Source: Scyliorhinus canicula (taxonomy: Eukaryota). From it: a DNA stretch of 64,000 bases. Position 1 is the first letter of the stretch. Each line of letters starts with the position of its first letter. The position numbers were made by a program, and so were the translations under genes. The stretch is taken from the NCBI RefSeq assembly GCF_902713615.1, contig NC_052158.1:44293159-44357158 (forward strand), in the 5' to 3' direction. A model generated the notes under the pieces. The model saw only the letters and a list, made by a program, of their open reading frames with translations, did no database searches and was not told the origin of the DNA. Below are positions 63,742 through 64,000 of this stretch, piece after piece.

Positions 63742-64000
63742 ATGGAAGAGAAACTGTTGAAGTGTGAGTTGTGTGACAAATCATTCTCATGTTTATCCCA
63801 CTTGCGTATCCACCAACGCACTCATACTGGAGAGAAACCATTTACGTGTGAGGTTTGCAACAAATCATTCTCACAGTCATCACATCTCCACAGACACAAA
63901 CGAATTCACACCGGGGAGAAGCTGTTCCGCTGTGACGTGTGTGAGAAAGCTTTCACGCAGTTATCGAACCTCCAGGTCCATCAGACAATCCACACAGGGG
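63742..64000 (+). CDS. C2H2 zinc-finger gene, truncated by the window end
   Basis: [71 protein letters not shown]...; upstream 62980-63660 is the inverted homolog of 55480-56165 with acceptor ttttacag at ~63308. Confidence 0.8.
   Translation, partial: MEEKLLKCELCDKSFSCLSHLRIHQRTHTGEKPFTCEVCNKSFSQSSHLHRHKRIHTGEKLFRCDVCEKAFTQLSNLQVHQTIHTG

Overview
Repeat-dense vertebrate DNA. The abundant HE1-type tRNA-derived SINEs and CR1/HER1-type LINEs point to a cartilaginous fish (shark/ray; inference). Main contents: (1) A decayed ~9.5-kb retrovirus-like provirus on the minus strand (7513-19403), inserted in a CR1 LINE and itself hit by two young CR1 copies. It has a coiled-coil and single-CCHC gag, an in-frame UGA-CGG gag/pro junction, a foamy-like YVDD RT, a dead tether RNase H plus a second intact RNase H, and an integrase. 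It has no conventional env, but carries a ~100-aa signal-peptide/TM/polybasic ORF in the env position. The architecture fits a lokiretrovirus-like or basal spuma-like lineage. (2) Two solo LTRs of the same family with 4-bp TSDs; one carries an intact-looking tRNA-Asn gene in place of part of its U3. (3) A dispersed tRNA cluster (Ser-GCT, Asn-GTT, Gly copies with a CCC anticodon on the Gly-TCC body, and Leu/Pro/Trp relics) expanded by a large inverted duplication (about 4.8-26.35 kb vs 28.0-34.95 kb) and a direct duplication. (4) A divergent pair of tandem C2H2 zinc-finger genes around a CpG-rich promoter, plus a ZF pseudogene. (5) L1, Rex1, RTE and Penelope-type relics, minisatellites and a long hairpin. 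All alignments were done by eye, so most boundaries are approximate.
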